Of a stretch of 64,000 nt of DNA, positions 28,477-39,397 are shown piece by piece. Where the stretch lies: assembly GCA_965223705.1 (NCBI GenBank), contig OZ245015.1:1536001-1600000 (forward strand), written 5' to 3'. Each line of letters begins with the position of its first letter. The first letter of the stretch is position 1. The notes under the pieces were generated by a model. It made no database searches and had not been told where the DNA came from. It saw only the letters and a list, made by a program, of their open reading frames with translations. This stretch comes from Myxococcota bacterium. Lineage in GTDB: Bacteria; Myxococcota_A; UBA9160; UBA6930. Both the position numbers and the translations under genes were made by a program.

Positions 28477-29999
28477 AACGACTGTCCGCAGCCGCGCTGC
28501 TACTGGCCGGCAGCGTGCTGCTGTCGCGGGTGCTCGGCTTCCTGCGCGAGATCGTGCTGGCGCAGCAGATCGGCGTGAGTCCAGAGGCAGACGCCTACAG
28601 CGCCGCCTTCCAGATTCCGGACCTGCTGAACTATTTCCTCGCGGGCGGCGCGCTGTCGATCGCGTTCGTTCCCCTCTACACCCGGGCGAAGACCCGGGGT
28701 GGCCACGAAGAAGCCGGTCGATTGCTTGCCACGGTTCTCGGCACCGTTTCTGCAGCGGCGATCGCGGCGACGGCTTTGCTGTTTTGGTTCGCGGAGCCCC
28801 TGGTCGCTTTCCAGTTCCCTCGCTTTGACGCCGAGATGCAGGCGCTGACGGTGCGATTGACCCGCATCGTCCTGCCGGCGCAGATCGCGTTCGTCGCCGG
28901 CGGCATCGTCCGGGCCGGGCTCATGGCAGAAGGGCGCTTCCTGTCTCAGGCCCTGGCACCACTTCTCTACAACGCGGGCATCATCCTGGGCGGGCTTCTC
29001 TTTGCGCCCACCCTCGGTGTGGAGGGGTTTGCCTGGGGTGCGCTGGTCGGCGCGTTCGTCGGGCCGCTCGGCGCAGCCCTCATCGAAGCGCGCGGCCGCA
29101 TCGCGTTGCGCCTTCGCGTGGCACCCTTCGAGGCCGCTTTCGTTCGCTATCTCGTGCAGGCCCTACCGCTGATGCTCGGCGTCACGCTCCTCACTGTCGA
29201 CGAATGGTACGACCGCTGGTTCGGCCAACTGGGGGATGCGGGCACCATCGCGGCGCTTCGGTACGCACGCCAACTCATGCTGCTGCCGGTCGCTGTCGTC
29301 GGGCAGGCGGTCGCCACGGCGGCCCTGCCGACGCTCTCGAAGCTCTACGAGGAGGGGCGCCGAGAAGAGCTCGCCGACATCGTCCAGGGCACGCTCGGGG
29401 CGTCGGTGGCGCTGGCGTGTCTCGCGGGTGCGGCGACCTGGGCGTTGGCTGCGCCCATCGTCACGGTTGTCTACGAGCGCGGCGCATTCGATACCGATGC
29501 CGCCGCGCGCGTCGCTCCGGTTCTCGCGATGTTCGCGTTCGCGATTCCCGGCTGGATCACCCAGCAGATCGCGGTGCGGATCTTCTACGCCCAAGGCGAT
29601 ACCTGGCGACCGATGCTTCTCGGCACTGCACTGGCCGCACTCGCCATTCCGATCTACGCGACGCTCGGTCCGCGTTACGGCGCGCTCGGACTCGCCGCCG
29701 CCGGCGCGATCGCCATCAGCGCGAATGCTCTCGCGACCCTCTGCTGGGCTCGCGGTCGCTACGGCTTGCCGACGCTCGGTGCGCTGTCGGCGACCCTCGT
29801 TCGCGCATTATGCGTCGCCGCGTTGGCCGGAGGCGCCGCCCACCTCACCGCTGCAGCCCTCGCTCCGCCCTGGCTCGCCCTGTTCGCCGGGGGCGGCGCA
29901 TTCGCTGTGGTGGCGCTCGCCGCAGGTGCCACGATCGGCGATGACGCCATGCGCGGCGCCCTGCGCGGTCTGTGGCGAAAGGTCTCCCGTCGTGGCTAG
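28473..29999 (+). CDS. murJ: Lipid II flippase
   Basis: SRVLGFLRE, ADAY.AAF.IP, FVP.Y, ERGAF. Confidence 0.9.
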   Translation: MKRLSAAALLLAGSVLLSRVLGFLREIVLAQQIGVSPEADAYSAAFQIPDLLNYFLAGGALSIAFVPLYTRAKTRGGHEEAGRLLATVLGTVSAAAIAATALLFWFAEPLVAFQFPRFDAEMQALTVRLTRIVLPAQIAFVAGGIVRAGLMAEGRFLSQALAPLLYNAGIILGGLLFAPTLGVEGFAWGALVGAFVGPLGAALIEARGRIALRLRVAPFEAAFVRYLVQALPLMLGVTLLTVDEWYDRWFGQLGDAGTIAALRYARQLMLLPVAVVGQAVATAALPTLSKLYEEGRREELADIVQGTLGASVALACLAGAATWALAAPIVTVVYERGAFDTDAAARVAPVLAMFAFAIPGWITQQIAVRIFYAQGDTWRPMLLGTALAALAIPIYATLGPRYGALGLAAAGAIAISANALATLCWARGRYGLPTLGALSATLVRALCVAALAGGAAHLTAAALAPPWLALFAGGGAFAVVALAAGATIGDDAMRGALRGLWRKVSRRG

Positions 30000-32900
30000 C
30001 GCCTGGGAGTTCTGGATCGATCGCGGCGGCACGTTTACAGATTGCATCGGCGTCGCTCCGTCAGGCCGCACCTACACGGCGAAACGGTTGTCTTCGGAGA
30101 CCGCGGCGGCCGAAGCGATTCGGGACATTCTCGCTTCTGCGCCGGAGCCTTCTGCAGAAGATCCGACACTGCGGGTGCGGATGGGGACGACGGTCGCCAC
30201 GAACGCACTCCTCGAGCGTCGGGGCGTACCGACGGCGCTCATTACGCAGCGTGGACTCGGCGACGTGCTCGAAATCGGCACCCAGGAGCGTCCCGAACTC
30301 TTCGACCTCGACATTCGAAGGCCGCCTCCGCTGACGCGGCGCGTGATCGAAGTCGACGGTCGGGTCGATGCGCGGGGGGAAACGCTCGGCATTCTCGAGG
30401 AAGCACCGCTTCGCGAAGAGCTTCGCGACGCGCGGGCGAACGGCATCCAGTCCGTCGCCGTGCTCGCGATGCATGCCTACGCGTTCCCCGAGCTCGAAGA
30501 GCGGATTGCGGCGTGCGCGCGCGAGGAGGGAATCGCGTACGTCGTCCCTTCGCACGAAGCCGCGTCGGAGCTCGGTTTCCTCGCGCGAGGCGAGACGGCA
30601 GTCGCCGACGCTTACCTGACGCCGCTGTTGGCGCGGCACATCGACGTCCTGCGAGAAGCGCTTCCGGGGGCGCGCCTCCACTTCATGCAGAGCTCCGGTG
30701 GCCTCACGCGACCCGAGAGTTTTCGGGGACCCGCGGCGCTGTTGTCGGGGCCGGCCGGGGGCGTCATCGGCACGGCCCACGTTGCTTCACTCCTGGGCAT
30801 GCGCCGCGCGATCGGCTTCGACATGGGGGGGACTTCGACGGATGTCTCGCTCGTGGTGGACGGCGAAGCGGAGCGCGCTTTTGAGAGCGTCGTAGCGGGC
30901 ATCCGCGTGCGCGCACCCATGCTTCATATTCACACGGTCGCGGCGGGCGGCGGCTCGTTATGCCGTTTCGACGGCGCCCGGGCGAGCGTTGGGCCCGAAA
31001 GCGCGGGAGCTGATCCCGGGCCCCTTTGCTACGGACGCGACGCTTCCGGCGAGGGGGGCCTCGCCTTGACCGATGTCAACTTCTGGCTCGATCGGATTCC
31101 GGGCGATCGTCTGCCGTTCCCTCTCGAGCGGGCGCCGGTCGCCGCTGCGTTCGATCGCCTGATTCGCGAGCTCACCGAAGCGGGCCACGAATTCGAGCCC
31201 GACGAGCTGGCGGCGGGTTTCATCGACATCGCGAATGATGCGATGGCCCAAGCGATTCAGGAGGTATCGGTGCGTCGCGGTGTCGATCCGCGAGATTTCG
31301 CCTTGGTCGGTTTCGGAGGCGCGGGGGGACAACACGTTTGCGCCGTGGCGCGCAAGCTTCGAATTCGCACGGTCCTCCTCCACCCCCAAGGCGGCGTGCT
31401 GTCGGCGTTCGGCATCGGTGTCGCCGACTTGACCTGGGATCGCCAACGCGACGTCGGGCGGGCGCCGCTCGTCGAGGGGCGTGCCGACCCCTCCGTCCTC
31501 GACACGCTAGCTGCGCTCGAAGCCGAGGGTCGCCGAGCACTCGCCGCGGAAACCGGTCAGCCGGAGGGCCGCGTCGAGATCGAGCGCTTCCTCGATTTGC
31601 GCTACCGCGGGACGGAATCCGCGTTGACCATCGCCGCGCCGGCGGAAGGGGATTTCGGCGCGGCGTTTCGCTTCGCTCACCGCGAGCGCTTCGGGTACGA
31701 CCGATCGGAACGCCCGATCGAAGTGACCACAGCACGCGTTCGCGCACGCGTCTCCGAGGCGCGCCCGCCGGAGGTCCCGTCGTTTGCGGAGGAACCCGGT
31801 ACGCCGATTCGGACGGCCCACGCGTGGTTCCCCGGGCGCGGACGTTGCGACGCTCCGGTGTTCCTGCGGGAGTCACTGGCGCTCGAGCAGACGATTGATG
31901 GTCCGGCCATCGTGCTCGAAGCGGCTTCGACGATTGTCCTCGACCCCGGTTTCCGGGCTCGGCTCGACGCGACCGGCGTTCTCGTCGTGACCGATGAAGC
32001 GCACGCCGAGCGTCGGGCATACCGGGACATCGACGCGGACGTCGCCGACCCGATCCGGCTCGAAGTGTTGGGAAACCGGTTCATGTCGATCGCCGAACGC
32101 ATGGGCTCGGTGCTCCGCAACACGTCGGTGTCGACGAATATTAAGGAGCGCCTCGACTATTCCTGTGCGGTGTTCGATCCGGAGGGCGGTCTGATCGCGA
32201 ACGCACCGCATATTCCGGTCCACCTGGGCGCGATGGGCGAAACCGTACGCTCGGTCCTCGAATCCTTCCCCGAGCTCGGAGCCGGCGACGTGATCGTCAC
32301 GAACGACCCGGCGCGCGGCGGCTCACACCTGCCCGATGTGACGGTCGTGGCTCCGGTGTTCGAAGAAGAGACGCTGCGTTTCTTCGTGGCGGCCCGCGGC
32401 CATCACGCGGATCTCGGCGGGAAGACGCCGGGATCGATGCCGGCGGACTCGATGACGCTGGCAGAAGAGGGCGTGTTGCTCCGCGCGTTTCCCCTCGTGC
32501 GCGGCGGCGTACTCGACGAGCGTCGTCTGCGCGCGGAACTCAGCGGCAGCGCGTTTCCGGCGCGCAACCCCGACGACAACGTCGCCGATCTCGAAGCGAT
32601 GACGGCAGCCTTGCGTTCAGGAGAGCAGCTCCTGAGAGCGCTCCTCTCCGAAGTCGGGCCGACCGTGGTCCTCGCGACGATGGTGCAGCTCAAGGAAGCG
32701 GCGGCCCGCAAGGTTGGTCTCGAGATCGCGCGCTTGGGGGACGGGCGACACGCTTTCGAAGACACCCTCGACGACGGGACGCCGATCCGGGTGGCGTTCG
32801 AAGTTTCCGGAGATCGGATGCGGATCGATTTCACGGGGAGCGGGGCGGTTCATCCGAGCAATCTGAACGCACCGCGCGCGGTCGTGCAGTCGGCGATCAT

Positions 32901-33564
32901 CTATGTGCTTCGTTCGCTCGTCGCCGATCGAATTCCCTTGAACGGCGGCTGCCTCGACCCGGTCGAGATTCGGCTGCCCTATCCGTCGATCCTCGACCCG
33001 CCGGACGGAGCCGCTGTCGTTGGAGGGAACGTCGAAACCAGTCAGCGTATCGTCGACGTGCTGCTCGGCGCCGTAGGGCGGGTCGCTGCGAGCCAGGGCA
33101 CGATGAACAACATCGCGTTCGGTAACGACCGGTTCGGTTACTACGAGACCCTCGGCGGCGGTGCTGGCGCGGGGGAGGATTTCGACGGCGCCTCAGGCGT
33201 GCACACCCACATGACGAACACCCGGATCACCGATCCCGAAGTGCTCGAAACACGCTATCCCGTGATTCTCGAAGCGTTCTCGATTCGGCGAGGCAGCGGA
33301 GGCGGCGGAAGACACCGCGGGGGTGACGGCCTATGCCGTGCATACCGGTTCCTCGAGCCCATCACGGTCTCACTACTCACCGAACGCCGAACGACGTCAC
33401 CTTACGGCATGGCCGGGGGCTCGCCGGGCCGTCCGGGACGGAACATGGTGCAACGCGGCGGGGAACCCGCGCAGAGTGTCGCAGGCCGCGCGACGCTCGA
33501 GCTCGACGCCGGCGATCGCCTTCGCATTGAGACGCCCGGCGGAGGCGGCTACGGGCGCCCTTGA
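29992..33564 (+). CDS. 5-oxoprolinase / hydantoinase A+B fusion
   Basis: [55 protein letters not shown]. Confidence 0.93.
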   Translation: MASAWEFWIDRGGTFTDCIGVAPSGRTYTAKRLSSETAAAEAIRDILASAPEPSAEDPTLRVRMGTTVATNALLERRGVPTALITQRGLGDVLEIGTQERPELFDLDIRRPPPLTRRVIEVDGRVDARGETLGILEEAPLREELRDARANGIQSVAVLAMHAYAFPELEERIAACAREEGIAYVVPSHEAASELGFLARGETAVADAYLTPLLARHIDVLREALPGARLHFMQSSGGLTRPESFRGPAALLSGPAGGVIGTAHVASLLGMRRAIGFDMGGTSTDVSLVVDGEAERAFESVVAGIRVRAPMLHIHTVAAGGGSLCRFDGARASVGPESAGADPGPLCYGRDASGEGGLALTDVNFWLDRIPGDRLPFPLERAPVAAAFDRLIRELTEAGHEFEPDELAAGFIDIANDAMAQAIQEVSVRRGVDPRDFALVGFGGAGGQHVCAVARKLRIRTVLLHPQGGVLSAFGIGVADLTWDRQRDVGRAPLVEGRADPSVLDTLAALEAEGRRALAAETGQPEGRVEIERFLDLRYRGTESALTIAAPAEGDFGAAFRFAHRERFGYDRSERPIEVTTARVRARVSEARPPEVPSFAEEPGTPIRTAHAWFPGRGRCDAPVFLRESLALEQTIDGPAIVLEAASTIVLDPGFRARLDATGVLVVTDEAHAERRAYRDIDADVADPIRLEVLGNRFMSIAERMGSVLRNTSVSTNIKERLDYSCAVFDPEGGLIANAPHIPVHLGAMGETVRSVLESFPELGAGDVIVTNDPARGGSHLPDVTVVAPVFEEETLRFFVAARGHHADLGGKTPGSMPADSMTLAEEGVLLRAFPLVRGGVLDERRLRAELSGSAFPARNPDDNVADLEAMTAALRSGEQLLRALLSEVGPTVVLATMVQLKEAAARKVGLEIARLGDGRHAFEDTLDDGTPIRVAFEVSGDRMRIDFTGSGAVHPSNLNAPRAVVQSAIIYVLRSLVADRIPLNGGCLDPVEIRLPYPSILDPPDGAAVVGGNVETSQRIVDVLLGAVGRVAASQGTMNNIAFGNDRFGYYETLGGGAGAGEDFDGASGVHTHMTNTRITDPEVLETRYPVILEAFSIRRGSGGGGRHRGGDGLCRAYRFLEPITVSLLTERRTTSPYGMAGGSPGRPGRNMVQRGGEPAQSVAGRATLELDAGDRLRIETPGGGGYGRP

Positions 33565-33602
33565 AACCGCGGGGGTAGCTACCTAGGATCCGGACCGGCT
33601 GG

Positions 33603-33678
33603 GGGCGCGTAGCTCAGTTGGCAGAGCAGCGGACTCTTAATCCGCGGGTCGTAGGTTCGATCCCTACCGCGCCTACCA
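33603..33678 (+). tRNA. tRNA-Lys(CTT)
   Basis: 76-nt cloverleaf, anticodon loop CT-CTT-AA, GTTCGA, encoded CCA. Confidence 0.97.
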
Positions 33679-33703
33679 CCACCGCCCGCCGCTGCACACA
33701 CCG

Positions 33704-34582
33704 CTACTTCACATATCGCTGATAGGTCTCGGCCGGAATCTCCTGCGTGTCGAGCAGCATGAAAAAGTCGGTCGTGCCAAACGCGCGGTCGAGCGCCGGG
33801 CCGCCGCACACGTTCGCGCCCAGCTGTAGGTAGCCTCGGACGAGACTCGGGATCGTCACCGACGTCTCCCGATCCGCGAGCTGTGGATCGAATCCTTGTT
33901 GGCGGTAGTCGTCGCGCACGGTCAGCCAGCGCTGCGCGACGTGGCCGCCGCGGGCGAACATCGCGTAGTACGCCGCGATCGCCCGGGCATCGGTCGTCGG
34001 CACCGATGCGCAACCGAAGAGATACCGCTTGCGGTTGTGTTCGAGGTAGTGACCGATGCCTCGCCACAAAAGAAACAGCACGCGTCTACCGCGATGCGCG
34101 CGCGCGACGCAGGCGCGCCCGAGCTCCACCCCTTGTTCGAGAATCGCGCCGGGCAGCTCCGCCAGATCGAATTCCGAGTCGGAGTAGAAGCCTGGGCCGG
34201 ACTCCGCCAGAGCGCGGGTCATCAGGCGGTACGTCCCGACGACTTCGCCGCTGCGATCGCACCGCACGAGCAAGTGATGACAGTTTCGGTCGAATACATC
34301 TTCGTCGCGCAAATGACCGATGGTGCCGTGACCGAGTTCGGCGTTGAAGACGTCGAAGCGCAGCCGCAGAACTTCGTCGAGCTCTTCCGGTGTGGTGGCA
34401 AAGCCGACGCGGTAGCGCCCGATCGCATCGTTCCATTGCGGAACGCCGCCCGGGTGGCCCGGGTACGCCCGCACGACCGGAGCGGCCCCGAAGGCATCTT
34501 CCCGGGCGAAGGAGGCGGAGTCTTCGGTCACCAGATCCTCGCCATCGAGGCCGGACCTTACCGCTTCGGTCTCCCGAATCAC
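33704..34582 (-). CDS. OlsB-like GNAT N-acyltransferase (ornithine/amino-acid lipid synthesis)
   Basis: LRFDVF..E, D.FD..C.HL, GTYRL, ELGR.CV...R, FGCAS, GYL..GA..CG.PA.D..F.T.D; GTGA overlap. Confidence 0.85.
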   Translation of the reverse strand: MIRETEAVRSGLDGEDLVTEDSASFAREDAFGAAPVVRAYPGHPGGVPQWNDAIGRYRVGFATTPEELDEVLRLRFDVFNAELGHGTIGHLRDEDVFDRNCHHLLVRCDRSGEVVGTYRLMTRALAESGPGFYSDSEFDLAELPGAILEQGVELGRACVARAHRGRRVLFLLWRGIGHYLEHNRKRYLFGCASVPTTDARAIAAYYAMFARGGHVAQRWLTVRDDYRQQGFDPQLADRETSVTIPSLVRGYLQLGANVCGGPALDRAFGTTDFFMLLDTQEIPAETYQRYVK

Positions 34583-37131
34583 AGCGTTCCCGCGGATGCG
34601 GACGAGGTGCTTGGCCGTCGTGCCATTCGCTGGCGGAACAGACGCGAAAGTTCCGCCCAGGAAGCCGGTCGCGCACCGGCGGCAACGTTTGCGGCGCCGA
34701 GTGCGAAAGCCAACCGCCACTGTTCGAAGAGCACGCGATAGGCGAAGAGAAGTCCGTAGCTCGGGTCGTACATGTGCGTGGCCTCCGACGTGATGCCGTT
34801 CAGCTCGATGACCTTGAACTCGCCGTCCGAGAACGCCTCGGGGCTCGAAGAGCGGACGTCGAATCGGCCGAAGTGGAAGCCGGTGAGGGCGCGGCCTACG
34901 CGATCGATCCGAAGCGCAAGGCTCTCGGTTTGGCGGGCCGAGCCGTCGAGGAAGACCGCGCCCCGAGAGTGCGTCCCGAGCTCGGTGAGCTGGATGCGCT
35001 CGCCGGAAGCGGGAATGTCGCCCAGACGATCGCGATGCCGTTCGAAGTGTCGTTCAGCCATGCAGACGGCCCGGTCGTCGTCGAGGATGAGTTCAGCCAA
35101 GCTGCGCCGACCGTCGCCCTCGACAAACAACATCCGCTTTTCGGTAATCGAGAAAATGTGCCCCTCCGCGTCGCTCGGGAACCGGATGTAGAACACCCCA
35201 AACTCGACGCCCGGTACGTATTCCTGGAGCAGCGCGTCGAACGGCTCGCTGCGGAGTACGCTCTGCAGGTCGTTCTCGTTTCGCACAATCCGAACACCGA
35301 AGCCCCGCTCGCCCTCGTCGGGTTTGATGACGATTGGTGTGTCGGCGTCGGCGCCGCGAAACCGCGCGATCTGATTGGTCGCATCGGCCCAATCGAAGCG
35401 CTCTGTTCGGGCGACCGCGCCCGGCTCGGCGCGTTGCAGCGAATGAAGGATCTGATACTTCGATTCGCCGACGAGCCCGCCGCCTTCGATTCCCGGATTC
35501 GCGGCCGTGACGACCCGAAGGCTTCGATATTTCACCGCGAGCCCTGCGATCTGCAAGAGGACGGGCGGATAGATCACCCACATCGGCCAGAACTCCCAGC
35601 GCCGCAAACGCTCGAACTTCCCGCGGAGCAGACGTCGGCCGCGGTGGTGGAAGAGCTTCGGCACGATCCGGGTCGCGATGAGGAGCGTGACCACCAGCAA
35701 CAGCAGGGTGACGAGAAGACGGTTCCGGAACAGGTCAACGTGATCGAGGAGCATCTCCCCGAACCAAGCGGAAGCTCCCACCAGGACGGGTGTCCACACG
35801 ACGGCCCCGAGCGCGAGGAGCCACGCGAAGCGAAACGCCGGGAAGCGCGCGACGCCTGCGCCGACGTAGAGAGGAAGTCGAGAACCCGGCACGAACCGGC
35901 TCAGCAGGACGGCCCACGACCCCCGCCGGAGTCCTTGTTCGCGCCACGCGGTAGAGCCGACGCCAAACCAGCGCCGCGCGGCCTTGCCCCCGAAACGACC
36001 GGTCGCGTAGAGCAACAGGTCCCCGAGGAAGAGACCGATCGCGCACGCCGCGATACCCAAGGGAAGCGGGATTTGACCGCGCGCCACGAGGAAGCCCACG
36101 CCGATACAGGTCAGGTCTTCGCTGACGAGCGTGGCGAGGAAGACCAGCGTGACGAAGATTGCGACCGCGAGGAAACCTCGGGGACCGGCGCGGTCGGGGC
36201 GGAAAGGGAGCTCCGCTCGCGCGACCCTCGCGGCTTTTGCCGCCGCGCGATCCGGTGTGCGGCCGGCTTCGGCGTCGGAGAAAAAAACCAACAATTCCGC
36301 GGCGATCGAGCGCGGGTGTCGAAACAACGCGAAGTGCCCGCCCGGGATCCAGCTGAACCGACTCTGGGGCACGATGCGGTGGTGCTCGCGCGCGGCGGCC
36401 GCGGGAACCAACGCGTCCCCTTCACTGTGAAGCACCAAGGTCGGGGCCGACAGGCGCTCGAGCATCCCGCGGAGTGGGCGCTGATCCGTGTCGTAGAAGT
36501 TCCGGGCGTACGCGGTGTTGAGCGGGAAGCGATCGAGCCAGCCGAAGTGGGGCAGGAGTGCCGTCGGCGCCGCGATCAGGAGCCACTGCGCGCCGTGGAC
36601 CATGTGGTTCAAGTCGTAATCGCCGAGAAGCTCGAACTCCTGCACGCCGACAGAAGAGAGCAGCGTCAGAGAAGCCACGCGCTCCGGAGCGCGATCGGCT
36701 GCGCGAATCGCGACGGCACCTCCCAGGCTGAAGCCGACCCAGTGCGCGCGTTCGATTCCCAAGCGCTCGAGGAGAGCGAGACACGCGGCGGCGTGAGACG
36801 CTGCCGAGTACACGGGGAGACGGGCTTCGGACGCACCGAAGCCGGGAAGATCCGGGACGATCACGCGGTAGCGCTCGGCCAACAGCGGTGTCAAACCCGC
36901 GAAGTTGTCCCCGCGACCGGGACTTCCGTGAAGTAGGAGAACCGCTTCGCGTTCGGGCGTGTCTCCGCCGACGTCGGCATAGGCCAGGCGGATCGGTTCC
37001 GCGCCGTAGGCGTCTACCTGGACGCGCACGCTCGCGTCCGGTGTCGGCGGCGGGTCCGCCGTGGCGCGCGTCCAATGAGAGGCGGCGAGAAGCGCGACGT
37101 AGACCGCTAGCAGCCAGGGAAGTTTTCGCAG
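34579..37131 (-). CDS. Alpha/beta-hydrolase - DedA/VTT - ATP-grasp fusion protein (probable CTG start)
   Basis: GFSLG...DALVP...GGHF; SEDL and RFVPGSR; KPDEGERG, GRFDVR, IELNG. Confidence 0.85.
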   Translation of the reverse strand: MRKLPWLLAVYVALLAASHWTRATADPPPTPDASVRVQVDAYGAEPIRLAYADVGGDTPEREAVLLLHGSPGRGDNFAGLTPLLAERYRVIVPDLPGFGASEARLPVYSAASHAAACLALLERLGIERAHWVGFSLGGAVAIRAADRAPERVASLTLLSSVGVQEFELLGDYDLNHMVHGAQWLLIAAPTALLPHFGWLDRFPLNTAYARNFYDTDQRPLRGMLERLSAPTLVLHSEGDALVPAAAAREHHRIVPQSRFSWIPGGHFALFRHPRSIAAELLVFFSDAEAGRTPDRAAAKAARVARAELPFRPDRAGPRGFLAVAIFVTLVFLATLVSEDLTCIGVGFLVARGQIPLPLGIAACAIGLFLGDLLLYATGRFGGKAARRWFGVGSTAWREQGLRRGSWAVLLSRFVPGSRLPLYVGAGVARFPAFRFAWLLALGAVVWTPVLVGASAWFGEMLLDHVDLFRNRLLVTLLLLVVTLLIATRIVPKLFHHRGRRLLRGKFERLRRWEFWPMWVIYPPVLLQIAGLAVKYRSLRVVTAANPGIEGGGLVGESKYQILHSLQRAEPGAVARTERFDWADATNQIARFRGADADTPIVIKPDEGERGFGVRIVRNENDLQSVLRSEPFDALLQEYVPGVEFGVFYIRFPSDAEGHIFSITEKRMLFVEGDGRRSLAELILDDDRAVCMAERHFERHRDRLGDIPASGERIQLTELGTHSRGAVFLDGSARQTESLALRIDRVGRALTGFHFGRFDVRSSSPEAFSDGEFKVIELNGITSEATHMYDPSYGLLFAYRVLFEQWRLAFALGAANVAAGARPASWAELSRLFRQRMARRPSTSSASAGTL

Positions 37132-37143
37132 AGCGCTCCCTCT

Positions 37144-37887
37144 CTAGAGCCGCTCGATACTCGCGGGGTCGGCGTAGAACACGAGGAGGTGGTCCATCCG
37201 CTCGACCCGACCGGAGACGGCGACCGTTTCCGCGACGAAGGGCAATACCTCTTGGCTCACCGACTGCCCGCTTTCGCCGACGAGCAGCAAGTGCAGCGGG
37301 TTTCCGTTGCGATCTCGCGCGAGAAAAATCGGCGGCGTTCCGCTGCTGATACAGCGCGCGGCGCAGGCCCGGTGAGTCTTTCCCGTGTCGGGACTCATCA
37401 CACCGAAGTAGCACTTGCTGTCGACGATTTCCCCGACGAATCGGTGGCTGCCGAGATCTTCCGGCGTGCCGACCGGCGTGGCCGAATCCCCGGCTTTTTC
37501 GAGAGAACCCGGTTCGAGATCGAGCATGGTTTGATCGCCGCGATAGATGAGCGTGCCGCGAGCGCGGACGAGCGCGTGGTCGAAGCCCTCGACGAGCGCT
37601 TCGGCGCCGAACTTCGTGCCGCCGTGCGCCAAGAGATAATGCGAGAACGATGAGCCATCGGGCCCGGGAACGATCAAGCTCGGTACGGGCTCGGCCCGTA
37701 CCCAACCGACGAACTCGCGTGTCGTTCCGAACTCGAACACCTTGGCCGGGAACCGGCTCGCGAGACCGGCGAAAGCGGCGGCGGAGCCGGCTACGACCAA
37801 CATCAGCAGGAGTAGCCTGACGCCCAGGAAGCGCGCCGTGCTCTTGGGCATGCGCTCGCCATAACCGACGTAGAAATCGTCGCTCAC
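37144..37887 (-). CDS. Membrane-anchored hypothetical protein with conserved-looking Cys/His motif
   Basis: TM helix; DSKCYFGVM...HRACAARCI; coupled to neighbours. Confidence 0.7.
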   Translation of the reverse strand: MSDDFYVGYGERMPKSTARFLGVRLLLLMLVVAGSAAAFAGLASRFPAKVFEFGTTREFVGWVRAEPVPSLIVPGPDGSSFSHYLLAHGGTKFGAEALVEGFDHALVRARGTLIYRGDQTMLDLEPGSLEKAGDSATPVGTPEDLGSHRFVGEIVDSKCYFGVMSPDTGKTHRACAARCISSGTPPIFLARDRNGNPLHLLLVGESGQSVSQEVLPFVAETVAVSGRVERMDHLLVFYADPASIERL

Positions 37888-38927
37888 CGGGAAGCCTCCG
37901 CTCGCGCCGGCTCCACCGGCGTGCCCGCGGGCAGCGGCCGCGGATCCAGCCAGATCACACCGTCGCGCACTTCGACGCGAAAGGTCGGAACCCGTTCCTC
38001 AAAGGGCTCCGGACTTCGCCCCGTCGAGGGATCGTATTGATAGCCATGCCACGGGCAGGTGACACAGCCGTCGATCACGCGCCCTTCGCCAAGCGGTCCG
38101 TTTTGGTGTTGGCAGACGTTTGAGAGCGCCGAGATCTTGCCCTCGTAGCGAAACACGGCAACCCGCTCGCCGCCGACTGGGAAGATCCGGGCGCGCGATT
38201 CCGGGATTTCGTCCACGCGGCACAGCGACACCAATCCGTCGGCGTCGGGGGAGGCTTCCGATCGGTCGCCGGCGGCCTCGCGCGCACCGGCCGCTACGTG
38301 AAGGCCGAACACCGTGATGGCACTCAAACCGAGGAGGGCGGTAAAGATCGGTTGCGTCTCGGCTTGCATCACGCCCAGCGCGACATGGAGTAGCAACAGC
38401 ACGTACGCCACATACACCGACATGTGGAGCGCCTTCCAAGTGGGCGCGGTCAAGTTCGCGAGCCAGAAATCGTGGCTCGTCGCCGCCATGGCAAACAGCA
38501 CGAACAACGAGAGCCAACCGAGGACCTGGAACGGGAACTGACTGACGCTGTCGTAGCGCGGGTTGCCCGTCAGGATGCTGACCCAGGGGTGCACGTCGCC
38601 CAACGCATGGAACTGGACCGTTGCGAGCAGACCGTGCGCGAGCGCCAGGACGAACATCGTGACACCCAAGTGGCGACGGTTGTAGAGCAACGGAAGAAAT
38701 CGCGAATCGAGCCGCGCGAGGGGACCGATACAAAGAATGACGTGCAGGAGGATGATCGCGGCGCTTCCCAACCCGCGTATCAAGAGGGTTTCAGCGGTGA
38801 TGAACGGGTGGGTCGCAAGCGACACGCCGATAAACACGGCGAGGTACAACACGACACCGAACGCGAGGATGAGGTCGTAGCGTTTCTTCTGGCCGTTCCA
38901 CAGGACCGCTTGATAGCTGTCGCTCAT
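37884..38927 (-). CDS. Ferric-reductase-like (MsrQ-type) heme membrane domain + C-terminal Rieske domain
   Basis: NRRHLG, AH, WKALH...Y...LH; CQH...CPWHG. Confidence 0.85.
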   Translation of the reverse strand: MSDSYQAVLWNGQKKRYDLILAFGVVLYLAVFIGVSLATHPFITAETLLIRGLGSAAIILLHVILCIGPLARLDSRFLPLLYNRRHLGVTMFVLALAHGLLATVQFHALGDVHPWVSILTGNPRYDSVSQFPFQVLGWLSLFVLFAMAATSHDFWLANLTAPTWKALHMSVYVAYVLLLLHVALGVMQAETQPIFTALLGLSAITVFGLHVAAGAREAAGDRSEASPDADGLVSLCRVDEIPESRARIFPVGGERVAVFRYEGKISALSNVCQHQNGPLGEGRVIDGCVTCPWHGYQYDPSTGRSPEPFEERVPTFRVEVRDGVIWLDPRPLPAGTPVEPARAEASR

Positions 38928-39397
38928 CGGGTGTTCTCCGGAGCCGGGAGGCGGCCCGTTGCGACGAGGGTTTGGTGGCCGAGGCTGTAGAGGTAGAGCG
39001 AGCCCGCCGTCGTAGCACGGAGGGTGAATCGCCGCGCTTGCGTTCCCGCGAGACGCCCCAGCAACTGCGCGCTTTCCGGCACTTTGTCCCGGGGCTCCGC
39101 CTGGGGTGCCCAGTAGACCAAGACGTCCGGCGTCAACCCCTCGCCGCGCGGATCGATCTCGAGCGCGACGCCATCGGCAGCGCGCAACAAGCGGACGTCG
39201 CTCGGCCACGCCTCGAACACCCGATCGCTCGACCAAAAGACGTCGCCGTCCGGCCCGGCGCTGTCCGGCGCGAGAATCTCGGCGCGCGGTATGTCTGGCG
39301 AGGCACGGAAGGCGAGCGCTCCCGCGACGCCGACCAGGGCTACCAGCGCTGCGACGGTCGTCATGCTGCGATGGCGTCGCCGGAGCCGCGTAATCAT
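38924..39397 (-). CDS. Hypothetical membrane-anchored protein
   Basis: ATGA overlaps on both sides; PDVLVYW, LYSLGH. Confidence 0.6.
   Translation of the reverse strand: MITRLRRRHRSMTTVAALVALVGVAGALAFRASPDIPRAEILAPDSAGPDGDVFWSSDRVFEAWPSDVRLLRAADGVALEIDPRGEGLTPDVLVYWAPQAEPRDKVPESAQLLGRLAGTQARRFTLRATTAGSLYLYSLGHQTLVATGRLPAPENTR

Noticed and set aside
29236..29991. N-terminal extension of the oxoprolinase ORF
   Set aside because: Overlaps murJ in another frame; family similarity starts at [10 protein letters not shown]
34390..36936. 848-aa plus-strand ORF
   Set aside because: Antisense shadow of the fusion gene in high-GC DNA; no motifs
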